From the NCBI GenBank assembly GCA_027021705.1, contig JALUTT010000033.1, forward strand, positions 1-15,171: DNA of 15,171 nucleotides. The letters are read 5' to 3'. Both the position numbers and the translations under genes were made by a program. This document shows, one piece after another, positions 1-8,517 of this stretch. The number at the start of each line of letters is the position of its first letter. The first letter of the stretch is position 1. Below the pieces are notes generated by a model, which was given only the letters and a program-made list of their open reading frames with translations, searched no databases and was not told the DNA's origin. This DNA comes from Anaerolineae bacterium (lineage in GTDB: Bacteria; Chloroflexota; Anaerolineae; S140-20).

Positions 1-29
1 ATTGTACCCTATTTCGCGGGTTGGCTCAA
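1..29 (-). promoter_or_regulatory. sigma70-type promoter firing leftward out of the window
   Basis: Minus strand reads TTGAGC (29-24), 17 nt, TACAAT (6-1). The target gene is outside the window. Confidence 0.55.
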
Positions 30-174
30 ATTCATTATGGGCAAGCTCCCCCCCCTTTTTCGACCATTTTACGAAGCCCAGAGCCCATTTCGGCTACCTG
101 TAGGTCCCCAACTCGATACGCTCGCGGACGACCAGTGATTACCCGTAAGTGAGCGAGGGGATGGGCTGCGGTAG

Positions 175-252
175 GCTGTCCACGAATTTCCCACGAATGC
201 ACGAATGGGGCAGTTCCTCAACACGTGTATTCGTGCCCCATTCGTGGACGGC
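175..252. repeat. Palindromic CACGAAT/ATTCGTG repeat element
   Basis: Three CACGAAT (181, 192, 200) face two ATTCGTG (229, 240). There is a perfect 13-bp inverted repeat at 200-212/234-246 and a 12/13 inverted repeat at 175-187/240-252. Confidence 0.8.
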
Positions 253-300
253 TGACCTCCCTACCCCGGCCCAGGGGGAAAAAATCGCCTCAGAAAAGGC

Positions 301-329
301 TTGCGACGGGCGTCATCCTGTGGTAGAAT
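301..329 (+). promoter_or_regulatory. sigma70-type promoter for the acyl-CoA ligase
   Basis: TTGCGA (301-306), 17 nt, TAGAAT (324-329) with extended -10 TGn. SD AGAGGAGG at 371-378 precedes ATG 387. Confidence 0.7.
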
Positions 330-386
330 GGCTGTGCGGTGGCTCGAAGCTTCCTGGCAATTTCCATATAAGAGGAGGGGTGAGTT

Positions 387-2090
387 ATGGAAAAGCCCTG
401 GCTGGCTCATTACGATGAAGGTGTCCCCCACTCGCTAGAGCCCTACCCCCAAATCCCCCTGTTCCACTTCCTCGAAGAGAGCGCTCGCAAGTACCCCAAC
501 CACACAGCCACCATCTTCAAAGGCGGCAAGCTCACCTACCAGGAACTCAACACGCTGAGCGATCGGCTGGCCGCTGCCCTGGCCAACCTGGGCGTCAAGA
601 AGGGGGACCGGGTGGTGCTCTATATGCCCAACTCCCCCCAGTTCGTCATCAGCTACTACGGCGTGCTCAAGGCGGGTGGGGTAGTGGTGGCCTCCAATCC
701 CCTCTACTCGGAGCGGGAGTTGGAGCACCAGATCAACGACTGCGGCGCAGAGACCATCATCCTCCTGAGTGCCTTCTACGGAAAGTTCAAGCGAGTACAG
801 CCTCACACCGGGGTGAAGAACGTCATCGTGACCAACATCAAGGAATACCTCCCTCCACCCCTGCGCATCCTCTTCACGCTGCTCAAGGAGAAGAAGGAGG
901 GACACCGGGTCACCCTGGCGGCCGGGGACTATAAATTCCAGGACCTGCTGGGCCGCCACACGCCGGCCGATCGGCCCCAGGTGGATGTGGGGCCTGACGA
1001 CATCGCCCTCTTCCAGTACACAGGTGGCACGACGGGGGTGCCCAAGGGGGCGGTGGCCCTTCATCGCAACCTGGTGGCCAACACCCTCCAGATCCGGGCA
1101 TGGCTCCCCAACACCATTGAAGCAGGCGAGGTGGTGATGGCGGCCATCCCCCTCTTCCACGTCTACGGGATGGTGGCCGCGATGAACTATGCCATCCAGT
1201 CAGCCGCCACCCTGGTCCTGATCCCCAACCCCCGTGACTTGAAGGACGTGCTCTCTTCCATCGTGAAATACAAGGTCTCCATCTTCCCCGGCGTTCCCAC
1301 GATGTACAACGCCATCAACAACCACCCTGACGTGGCGGCCGGCAAGTACGACCTAAGCTCCATCAAGGCTTGCATCAGCGGCTCCGCCCCGCTCATGCTG
1401 GAGACCAAGCGGCGCTTTGAGCAACTGACGGGAGGCAAGCTCTTCGAAGGCTACGGTCTGAGTGAGGCCCCCACGGCCACCCACTGCAACCCGATGTTCG
1501 GCGTGAACAAAGAGGGCAGCATCGGCCTCCCCTTCCCCGACGTTGAGGCCAAGATTGTGGACCTGGAGACGGGTGAGGAGGAGCTCCCTGTTGGCGAGGT
1601 GGGTGAGTTGGTAATCCGAGGGCCTCAGGTAATGCAAGGCTACTGGAACATGCCCACGGAGACGGCCAACGTCCTGCGGAACGGCTGGCTCTATACCGGC
1701 GACATCGCCCGAATGGACGAGGAAGGCTACTTTTACATCGTAGACCGCAAAAAGGAGATGATCATCGCCGGCGGCTACAACATCTACCCCCGGGAGGTGG
1801 AAGAGGTCCTGAAGGAGCATCCCAAGGTGCTGGAGGTGGCCGTGGCCGGCATCCCGGACCCCTACCGAGGGGAAACGGTGAAAGCCTGGATCGTCCTCAA
1901 GCCGGGGGAGACCGCCACCCGCGAGGAGATTCGGGAGTTCTGTCGGGACAAGCTAGCTCGCTACAAGATCCCCACCCACATCGAGTTCCGAGATGAACTG
2001 CCCAAGACGATGGTGGGGAAGGTTCTGCGCCGGGTGCTGGTGGAAGAGGAGAAGAAGAAGGCCGAGGCAGAACAGGCCGCCGAAGGCTAA
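387..2090 (+). CDS. fadD: Long-chain fatty acid--CoA ligase (AMP-binding superfamily, FadD/LcfA-like)
   Basis: 567 aa with N-terminal KPWLAHYDEGVP, AMP-binding P-loop YTGGTTGVPKG, EGYGLSE, GWLYTGDIARMDEEGYFYIVDRKK and the catalytic Lys in LPKTMVGK. Strong SD. Confidence 0.93.
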   Translation: MEKPWLAHYDEGVPHSLEPYPQIPLFHFLEESARKYPNHTATIFKGGKLTYQELNTLSDRLAAALANLGVKKGDRVVLYMPNSPQFVISYYGVLKAGGVVVASNPLYSERELEHQINDCGAETIILLSAFYGKFKRVQPHTGVKNVIVTNIKEYLPPPLRILFTLLKEKKEGHRVTLAAGDYKFQDLLGRHTPADRPQVDVGPDDIALFQYTGGTTGVPKGAVALHRNLVANTLQIRAWLPNTIEAGEVVMAAIPLFHVYGMVAAMNYAIQSAATLVLIPNPRDLKDVLSSIVKYKVSIFPGVPTMYNAINNHPDVAAGKYDLSSIKACISGSAPLMLETKRRFEQLTGGKLFEGYGLSEAPTATHCNPMFGVNKEGSIGLPFPDVEAKIVDLETGEEELPVGEVGELVIRGPQVMQGYWNMPTETANVLRNGWLYTGDIARMDEEGYFYIVDRKKEMIIAGGYNIYPREVEEVLKEHPKVLEVAVAGIPDPYRGETVKAWIVLKPGETATREEIREFCRDKLARYKIPTHIEFRDELPKTMVGKVLRRVLVEEEKKKAEAEQAAEG

Positions 2091-2120
2091 GAGCCCGCAG
2101 CCGCCCCACGGAGAAGGTAG

Positions 2121-2156
2121 ACAGCCCCGGAGACCATCTCCGGGGCTGTTGTTCTC
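2121..2156 (+). terminator. Intrinsic terminator after the acyl-CoA ligase
   Basis: Perfect 13-bp stem ACAGCCCCGGAGA (2121-2133)/TCTCCGGGGCTGT (2137-2149), 3-nt loop, followed by TGTTCTC, 30 nt after the stop. Confidence 0.8.
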
Positions 2157-2165
2157 CCGTGGTAA

Positions 2166-2279
2166 CTGTTCACCCTCCCGCAGGTTAGGCGCGTTTCCGA
2201 CGCGAAACCGTGCTTCCAATAGCCCATCGGGGCTGAAAGCGCCCTCGACCGGTGACCTGCAGGAGGGTAGGCTGAATAG
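2166..2279. repeat. REP/MITE-like nested inverted-repeat element between convergent genes
   Basis: A 16-bp imperfect inverted repeat ACCCTCCCGCAGGTTA (2172-2187)/TGACCTGCAGGAGGGT (2253-2268) encloses GGCGCGTTTC...GAAAGCGCC and the hairpin AGCCC-ATCG-GGGCT. Confidence 0.55.
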
Positions 2280-2306
2280 ATACCTCCCGTCTGGATCACC
2301 CTCGGA

Positions 2307-3035
2307 TTATGATTCGCCAAGCCGGGCACGCAGACGGGCCAGCTCTTCCTCCAGCTCCCGCAGCCGCTCCTCAGCCCGGCGACGGGCTTCCGCCTCCCGG
2401 CGGGCCTTCTCCTGGGCTTCCAGCGGCGTCAGCATCTTCTCCCCCGTCACCGCATCCACCACCCGCAACTCCCATCGTCCTTCTTCCGCCGGCAGTGCCT
2501 GCAACTCCACCCCCAGCAACTCACTCCTCACCCGCCATCCCCCATCCAGCGGCTCCACGGCCATCGGGGCAAACCACTCCCCTTCCCGCACAAACCCCAC
2601 CAGCGGCGGGCTCAGGTGCTCCGCGAAGGGATCAAAGATGAAGTACTCCCGCACCCCCAACCGCTCATAAAGCACCCGCTTCTGTCCCAGGTCCTCATCC
2701 CGTGTGCTCAGCGACGTCAACTCGATCACCACATCCGGCCCCTTCCCCTCCTCCCAGACCTTGTAGATCCGCCGCTCATGGGCCGAAACCCCGAAGACCA
2801 CGAAGACGTCCGGCGCTACCGACGCCTTTGGATTCCCTTCCTCGTAGTAGACCAGCAGGTTGCCAGCCACGTAGACCTGCGGGTCATCCCGAAAACGATC
2901 CCGCAGCCCCTCCCGCAGGTAGATCAACAGGCTGGCATGCTCATCTGTCTCGGCCATCGGGCGCCCATCCGTCTCCGGGTAGGTTACCGCTTCCTCCGGT
3001 GGGGCTTCGACCGCCACAACCCCTGAGCTCCCCAT
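2307..3035 (-). CDS. Uma2 family (DUF820) putative endonuclease with C-terminal coiled coil
   Basis: YPETDGRPMAETDEH, GNLLVYYEEGNP..VAPDVFVV, PDVVIELTS, GVREYFIFDP, and an E/R/A-rich tail (EAEARRRAEERLRELEEELARLR). Confidence 0.9.
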   Translation of the reverse strand: MGSSGVVAVEAPPEEAVTYPETDGRPMAETDEHASLLIYLREGLRDRFRDDPQVYVAGNLLVYYEEGNPKASVAPDVFVVFGVSAHERRIYKVWEEGKGPDVVIELTSLSTRDEDLGQKRVLYERLGVREYFIFDPFAEHLSPPLVGFVREGEWFAPMAVEPLDGGWRVRSELLGVELQALPAEEGRWELRVVDAVTGEKMLTPLEAQEKARREAEARRRAEERLRELEEELARLRARLGES

Positions 3036-3082
3036 CGCTCCCTACCTCTTCCCTTTCAAACAGGCTGGTCCGGTATCGTACA

Positions 3083-3114
3083 GCCCGGCGAGCCGACCGG
3101 ACGGCCCGCCGGGC
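3083..3114 (-). terminator. GC-rich hairpin between ftsH and the Uma2 gene (weak terminator or stabilising stem)
   Basis: Minus strand GCCCGGCGGGCCG-TCCGGT-CGGCTCGCCGGGC forms 13 bp with one G-U. No U-tract follows. Confidence 0.4.
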
Positions 3115-3170
3115 AATTCCAGACAATCAGCCGACTGAAGCCCGCCCCGGATAATCCGACCAGGTTGGGC

Positions 3171-5114
3171 TCAGGCCAGCGCCGGACTGGGTGGTAGGTC
3201 CAGCCGGCGGCCTGGGGTCTCCTGCTCCTGACCGGCCGGAGTTGAACGCTCCTGGCGAGGTGTCGCCTGGGGCGGGGCCGGAGGCGTTTCCGGCTGAGGT
3301 TCCTCCTCCTTGAAGAAGGCAGCGAACTCCTCCGCGCTCAGTGTCTCCACCTCGATCAACCGCTGGGCGATGGCATCCAGCTTATCCCGATGCTCGATCA
3401 GGATCCGCTTGGCCCGCTCATAAGCCTCGTTGACCAAACGGCGCACCTCCTCGTCTATCTCCTCGGCCACGGCGTCGGAGTAATTGCGCTGCTCCCCGAT
3501 CTCCTTCCCCAGGAAGACCAACTCTTCCTTATCACCAAAGGTCATCGGCCCCAGCCGCTCGCTCATCCCGTAGCGCGTGACCATCGCTCGGGCCATCTTC
3601 GTCACCCGCTCCAGGTCGTTGGCCGCGCCGGTGGTGATGTCGCCGAAGACCACCTCCTCGGCTGCCCGCCCACCCAGAGCGAAGGCCAGATCGTCCAGGA
3701 ACTTGGCCTTGCTGATCAGCGTTCGGTCTTCCTCGGGTAGGGCCAGGGTGTAGCCCCCCATCATCCCTCGGGCGATGATGCTCACCTTGTGGACGGGGTC
3801 GCAGTTGGGCAGGAGGTGGGCAACGAGAGCATGGCCGGCTTCGTGATAAGCGATGATCCGCTTCTCCTCTTCGGTGATGATGCGGCTCTTGCGCTCCGGA
3901 CCGGCAATGACCCGCTCAATAGCCTCCTCGAACTCGGCCATCCCGATGGTCTTCTTGTTGCGCCGGGCAGCCAGGATCGCTGCCTCGTTGACCAGATTCT
4001 CGATGTCCGCACCGACGAAGCCTGGCGTGGCCTTGGCAAGGGTCCGCAGATCCACATCGTCGGCCAACGGCTTGCCTCGCACGTGGACCTTCAAGATCTC
4101 CTCCCGCCCCTTCATATCAGGCCGATCCAGGACAACCCGACGGTCAAAGCGACCGGGGCGCAGCAGCGCCGGGTCCAGAATGTCAGGCCGGTTGGTGGCG
4201 GCAATGACGATGACGTTGGTATCGGTGTCAAAGCCGTCCATCTCCACCAGGATCTGGTTGAGCGTCTGCTCCCGCTCGTCGTGGGAGCCGCCCAAGCCGG
4301 CACCCCGGTGGCGTCCCACAGCGTCAATCTCGTCCACAAAGACGATGCAGGGGGAGTGGCGCTTGGCCTGGTCGAAGAGGTCCCGCACCCGGGAGGCCCC
4401 CACGCCCACGAACATCTCCACGAACTCCGAACCGGAGATGGAGAAGAAGGGCACGCCTGCCTCGCCGGAAACCGCCTTGGCCAGGAGAGTCTTGCCCGTG
4501 CCCGGAGGGCCGACCATCAACACTCCCTTCGGGATGCGAGCACCCAAGGAGATGAACTTCTCCGGCTCCTTCAGGAACTCAACGACCTCCTGCAGCTCCT
4601 CCTTGGCCTCGTCCACGCCGGCCACATCGTCAAAGGTGACGGTCGGCTGATCACCGGTGAACATCCGAGCCCGACTCTTGCCAAAGGAGAGCGCCTGGTT
4701 GTTGGTCCCTTGGGCCTGCCGGAGCATAAACCAGAGGATGCCCACGACTAGAAGGGCTGGCAAGGTATAGGTCAGCAGGCCAATCCAGTTGCTCCAATCG
4801 CTGGGAACTTCGTACTCCCACTCGATCTGGGCAATCTCTTCTTTGGGAACACCTAACGCTTCCAGTTGCTCCGGTGCTGGGGAAGCAGGGTCTTTCTGCG
4901 TCACAACGGCGCGCTTGTTTCTCAATTCCACCATCAACCGATCCCCGCTGACCTTGATCCGCTCCACCTCGCCCTTCTGGGCAAAGGCAGCGACCTCACT
5001 AATCGTGACCTCATCAGGTCGCTCCGTCTGAGAGCGGTAGCTGTACAGAATCGCCGCGATGGCCAGCAGGATCAGCAGATAGACAAACCCATTCCGCAGC
5101 CGTGAAGAATTCAC
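3171..5114 (-). CDS. ftsH: ATP-dependent zinc metalloprotease FtsH
   Basis: Two TM segments, Walker A GPPGTGKT, Walker [12 protein letters not shown] ([19 protein letters not shown]) and HEAGH zinc motif. Start revised to GTG 5114 (or ATG 5117) behind SD GGAGGTG at 5125-5119, instead of 5195. Confidence 0.97.
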   Translation of the reverse strand: MNSSRLRNGFVYLLILLAIAAILYSYRSQTERPDEVTISEVAAFAQKGEVERIKVSGDRLMVELRNKRAVVTQKDPASPAPEQLEALGVPKEEIAQIEWEYEVPSDWSNWIGLLTYTLPALLVVGILWFMLRQAQGTNNQALSFGKSRARMFTGDQPTVTFDDVAGVDEAKEELQEVVEFLKEPEKFISLGARIPKGVLMVGPPGTGKTLLAKAVSGEAGVPFFSISGSEFVEMFVGVGASRVRDLFDQAKRHSPCIVFVDEIDAVGRHRGAGLGGSHDEREQTLNQILVEMDGFDTDTNVIVIAATNRPDILDPALLRPGRFDRRVVLDRPDMKGREEILKVHVRGKPLADDVDLRTLAKATPGFVGADIENLVNEAAILAARRNKKTIGMAEFEEAIERVIAGPERKSRIITEEEKRIIAYHEAGHALVAHLLPNCDPVHKVSIIARGMMGGYTLALPEEDRTLISKAKFLDDLAFALGGRAAEEVVFGDITTGAANDLERVTKMARAMVTRYGMSERLGPMTFGDKEELVFLGKEIGEQRNYSDAVAEEIDEEVRRLVNEAYERAKRILIEHRDKLDAIAQRLIEVETLSAEEFAAFFKEEEPQPETPPAPPQATPRQERSTPAGQEQETPGRRLDLPPSPALA

Positions 5115-5197
5115 CATCCACCTCCATTCCACGTTCCGGTCCACCTTCCCGATACCGAACCGCGCCTCATCGGCGCCGGGACCGGATTTCTCCAACC

Positions 5198-5226
5198 ATT
5201 ATACCAAAAATCGGCCATTTTGTCAC
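5198..5226 (-). promoter_or_regulatory. sigma70-type promoter for ftsH
   Basis: GTGACA (5226-5221), 17 nt, TATAAT (5203-5198) with extended -10 TGn. Confidence 0.75.
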
Positions 5227-5239
5227 TGGTACATTCTGC

Positions 5240-7198
5240 TTAGGGGCCAACTTCGATCTCCCGGATCAAGATGCTGTCCTCTTCCGCCGTCGTCCGTCCT
5301 GAATCCACAACAGGCAAGCGGCTCATCGTGGCCTGGAGGTAGAGGCCGGTGCGAAGCTGATAGGTGCCCGGAGGTGCATCGGCCGGGAGGACGACGGCAT
5401 GGGTATCGGGCACGATGACTCCCGGCGTCCAGGTGCGGGGGTCACTGGCGATCCGGTCATCCTGAGCCACCAGTTGCCCATCGGGGCCGATCAAGTGGAA
5501 AAAGGCCGTGTAGGACTGATCCACCGGCTTGCGGGCTTGCCAGCGCAGGGTGACGGCCACCAGATCGCCGGGCTGGAAACGGTCCCCGTTGAGCTCAGCC
5601 GAGAGCAAGTTGACCATATCCCCCAAGTTGACCTCCAGCAGGACCTCAGCACCGCTGCTCAGCGTCAGCGTCAGCGTGCTGCCCACCGGCAATGGCGTCC
5701 CCTCCGGCGGCTCGACGGCCAGGATGCGCCCCTTGGGCTCCCGGCTCCATTCCTCCTCGGTAACGATCCGCCAGCCGTAGGACTCCAGTCCAGCCTTGAT
5801 CTCCTCGTTGAAGGTCAACCCCAACAGACCCGCAGGCACAGGCGGGGACTCCAGGGCCTTGCTGGCCACCACCGAGACCGTGCTGCCCTGGACGACGACG
5901 GCACCAGCAGGCGGATCCTGCTCCAAGACAACAGGGCGAGGATGGTTCGGGTCTTCTCGTTCCTCCTCCACCGCCAGCGTGAGCCCAGCCCGCTCCACCT
6001 CGGCCTGAGCCTGGGGCACCTCCAGACCGATTAGGTAGGGGACAACAGCCTGTCCCGGCGGCGCGGTCACGGTGGGGTGGAGGGTCGGGGTGGGCACAGG
6101 CGGCTGTCCCAGGGCTTGGTAGGACCGGTAGACCACAGCCCACAGGGGGATGAGACCCAGGACCATCAGGGTAGCCACCACGCTCAGGAACCAGGCCAGC
6201 CAGTCAGGTCCGCTGGCCGCAGCGTAGGGCTCTGCCGCTTCCTGGTCATATTCGTAGGGCTGGGCATAGCCGGCCGGAACCTCCCGCTCAGCGCCGACAG
6301 CGGACACAGAGGCCGGCGGATAAGCGCTGACAGGAGTGTAGAACGACGTCGCGCCCTCGCCCTCCTCCCGATAGCGATGGAGGATGCGTCGAAGCTGCTC
6401 GGCCGTCCGGTAACGGGCCGAGGGCTCTTTAGAGAGCACCTTGAGGACAATCTGCTCCAGTTGGGGCGGGATCTGAGGGTTGAACTGGTGGGGAGGTGGA
6501 GGCGGCTCTTGCAAGTGCATCAAGGCCAGAGTATGGGCATCCTTGGCCTGGAAGGGCAGCCGCCCTGTCAACATCTCGTAGAGGATCACGCCGATGCTGT
6601 AGACATCGGAGGCCGGGGTCGGGGGTTCACCGGCCGCCTGCTCTGGCGCGAAGTAGTGGGGCGTCCCCCAGACCGTATCTGTCTCCTCCGGCGCGATAGC
6701 TGCATAGGCGCGGGCAATGCCAAAATCGGTGACCTTGACCACCCCCTCTTGGGTGATCAGGACGTTCTGGGGCTTCAGGTCGCAATGGACGAGACCGTGG
6801 CGGTGCGCGTGACCCACGCCGGCGCAGATCTGGAGGGCAATCTCCACGGCTGAGGCGATGGGAAAAGGAGCCGACTCCTGGATCCAGTCTTTCAGGTTAC
6901 GGCCTTCCACGTACTCCATCACGATGTAGTGCCAGGTCTCCCCAGCCGGAGGCATCTTGGCATCTGAACCGATGTCGTAGATGGTGACGATGTTGGGATG
7001 GCTCAGGTTGGCTGCGGCCTGGGCCTCCTGTCGGAAGCGATCCAGGAAGTGGGGGTCCTGGGCGAAGCGCTGCCGCAGCACCTTGATGGCCACAACCCGA
7101 TTGAGAAGGGTGTCGTGGGCCTTGTAGACGATGGCCATCCCCCCGCTGGCGATGGGGGCCAGCAGGCGATAACGATTGTTGAGTAGCTGTTCGTCCAT
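5240..7198 (-). CDS. Hanks-type Ser/Thr protein kinase, PknB/Stk1-like: kinase, TM, two PASTA-like repeats, C-terminal beta-sandwich domain
   Basis: RYRLLAPIASGGMAIVYKA, VAIKVL, HCDLKPQN, DFGIAR, GTPHYFAPEQ, SDVYSIG. TM WLAWFLSVVATLMVLGLIPLWAVV. PASTA-like VVPYLIGL...VLEQDPPAG and VPAGLLGL...ILAVEPPEG. Start likely ATG 7198. Confidence 0.92.
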   Translation of the reverse strand: MDEQLLNNRYRLLAPIASGGMAIVYKAHDTLLNRVVAIKVLRQRFAQDPHFLDRFRQEAQAAANLSHPNIVTIYDIGSDAKMPPAGETWHYIVMEYVEGRNLKDWIQESAPFPIASAVEIALQICAGVGHAHRHGLVHCDLKPQNVLITQEGVVKVTDFGIARAYAAIAPEETDTVWGTPHYFAPEQAAGEPPTPASDVYSIGVILYEMLTGRLPFQAKDAHTLALMHLQEPPPPPHQFNPQIPPQLEQIVLKVLSKEPSARYRTAEQLRRILHRYREEGEGATSFYTPVSAYPPASVSAVGAEREVPAGYAQPYEYDQEAAEPYAAASGPDWLAWFLSVVATLMVLGLIPLWAVVYRSYQALGQPPVPTPTLHPTVTAPPGQAVVPYLIGLEVPQAQAEVERAGLTLAVEEEREDPNHPRPVVLEQDPPAGAVVVQGSTVSVVASKALESPPVPAGLLGLTFNEEIKAGLESYGWRIVTEEEWSREPKGRILAVEPPEGTPLPVGSTLTLTLSSGAEVLLEVNLGDMVNLLSAELNGDRFQPGDLVAVTLRWQARKPVDQSYTAFFHLIGPDGQLVAQDDRIASDPRTWTPGVIVPDTHAVVLPADAPPGTYQLRTGLYLQATMSRLPVVDSGRTTAEEDSILIREIEVGP

Positions 7199-7240
7199 CC
7201 GCGCCAATCCTCAGATGACCAGGCTCCGATCGTTATGAGG

Positions 7241-7269
7241 ATTGTACCCCAAATCTGGGGGGGAGACAA
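7241..7269 (-). promoter_or_regulatory. sigma70-type promoter for the kinase
   Basis: TTGTCT (7269-7264), 17 nt, TACAAT (7246-7241). Confidence 0.65.
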
Positions 7270-7286
7270 GCGGCGGCGAAGAGCTT

Positions 7287-7316
7287 ATGGCGAGCTCCTC
7301 GATTCCGTGGTACAAT
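7287..7316 (+). promoter_or_regulatory. Extended -10 promoter for the methyltransferase
   Basis: TGgTACAAT (7308-7316) with a weak -35 ATGGCG (7287-7292, 18-nt spacer). Confidence 0.55.
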
Positions 7317-7349
7317 GATTCTCCCGACCCGTTGGACCACCATCGTCTT

Positions 7350-8096
7350 ATGCTCGACCTGGAACGCCAGAACGCCTACCGCCGCCGCTACGCCCGGGAA
7401 CACCCCGGTTGGCAGGACAGCGGCCCCATCTACGAGGCCACGGTGCGCCGCCACCTGCGGCCTGACACGCGCCTGCTCGACCTGGGATGTGGTCGAGGTG
7501 GGCTGGTCGAACTGCTGCACGACCGAGTCGCCCTGGCTGTGGGCGCTGATCCCGATCTGCCCTCCCTCCGGGAGCACCGGGTTCCCTCGTTGCCCCGCGT
7601 CGTCGCCCGCGCCGAAGCCCTCCCCTTCGCCAGCGAGAGCTTCGACCTGGTGACCGCCTCCTGGGTCCTGGAGCACCTGACCGCGCCGGAGCAGGCCCTG
7701 GCCGAGATCGCCCGTCTCCTCGTCCCCGGCGGGCGCTTCGTCTTCCTGACGCCCAACGCCCACAGCCTGCCGGCCCTGCTGAACCGTCTGCTGGGCCGGA
7801 TGGCCCGGCTGCAGCGCTGGCTGGTCGCCCGCCTCTACGGTCGTGTCGAGGCCGACACCTTCCCCGTCGTCTACCGGGCCAACACGCCGCGCACTTTGCG
7901 CCGGCTGATGCAGCGGGCAGGGCTCCAGTACGAGACGCTGACCTTCATCGGCGATCCCACCTACTTCGCCTTCAACGAGCTTCTCTACCGGCTGAGTTGC
8001 TGGCTGGAGGCCCGGATCCCTCAGACGATGAAGGTGCACCTGGTGGGGGTGGGCCGAAGGGAGCGGCAGGCCCCCGACCCGCCCCCGCAGCCGTAG
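7350..8096 (+). CDS. Class I SAM-dependent methyltransferase (Methyltransf_11-like)
   Basis: Motif I LLDLGCGRGG, AEALPFASESFDLV, WVLEHL, LVPGGRFVFLTPN. Start revised to ATG 7350 (MLDLERQ) because upstream starts lie in or before the promoter. Confidence 0.88.
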   Translation: MLDLERQNAYRRRYAREHPGWQDSGPIYEATVRRHLRPDTRLLDLGCGRGGLVELLHDRVALAVGADPDLPSLREHRVPSLPRVVARAEALPFASESFDLVTASWVLEHLTAPEQALAEIARLLVPGGRFVFLTPNAHSLPALLNRLLGRMARLQRWLVARLYGRVEADTFPVVYRANTPRTLRRLMQRAGLQYETLTFIGDPTYFAFNELLYRLSCWLEARIPQTMKVHLVGVGRRERQAPDPPPQP

Positions 8097-8109
8097 AAAC
8101 AGGCCACCC

Positions 8110-8517
8110 TCACGCCCCCAGCCAGTTCTCGGTGGTGAGGTCGTCCATGAACTGAAAATGGCGATCCGCCGTCAGCAACGTCAGCCCGTAGACGCGGGCC
8201 ACAGCAGCGATCTGAGCATCCAAGGGCGGGATAGGCCGTCCCTTCGCCTTCTGTTCGGCCTGGATGCGCCCAAACTCCTCAGCGGCCGCTTCGTCGAAGG
8301 GCCAGAGCAGCAGAGCCTCCAGCAGGTGCCGCAGACGGTACAGGTTCCGCTGGCGATACTGACTTGCATAGACGGCGTAATAGAGCTCGCCCAGGACTGT
8401 GACAGAAAACCCAAACCGGTCACCAGCGGCCTGGGCTTCTCGAACCTGCGACGCGATGGGCTCCTCCTGAGCCATCAGCTTGCTAGCGTGGTTGGTGTCA
8501 AGCAGATAGTCGGTCAT
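8110..8517 (-). CDS. vapC: VapC-family PIN-domain toxin
   Basis: 135 aa with YLLDTN, VLGELYY, GRPIPPLDAQIAAVA and LLTADRHF, which supply the acidic PIN residues. The start overlaps the upstream gene by 20 nt. Confidence 0.92.
   Translation of the reverse strand: MTDYLLDTNHASKLMAQEEPIASQVREAQAAGDRFGFSVTVLGELYYAVYASQYRQRNLYRLRHLLEALLLWPFDEAAAEEFGRIQAEQKAKGRPIPPLDAQIAAVARVYGLTLLTADRHFQFMDDLTTENWLGA

Noticed and set aside
48..60. C8-T5 homopolymer as a phase-variation tract
   Set aside because: It is short, lies outside the -35/-10 spacer and outside any CDS, and has no supporting evidence.
175..252. Possible mini-CRISPR array
   Set aside because: The repeat units are only 7 nt, are in inverted arrangement, have no 25-40-nt spacers, and there are no cas genes.
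149..418. 89-aa ORF upstream of fadD
   Set aside because: It runs through the palindromic repeat and the fadD promoter, with no recognisable protein features.
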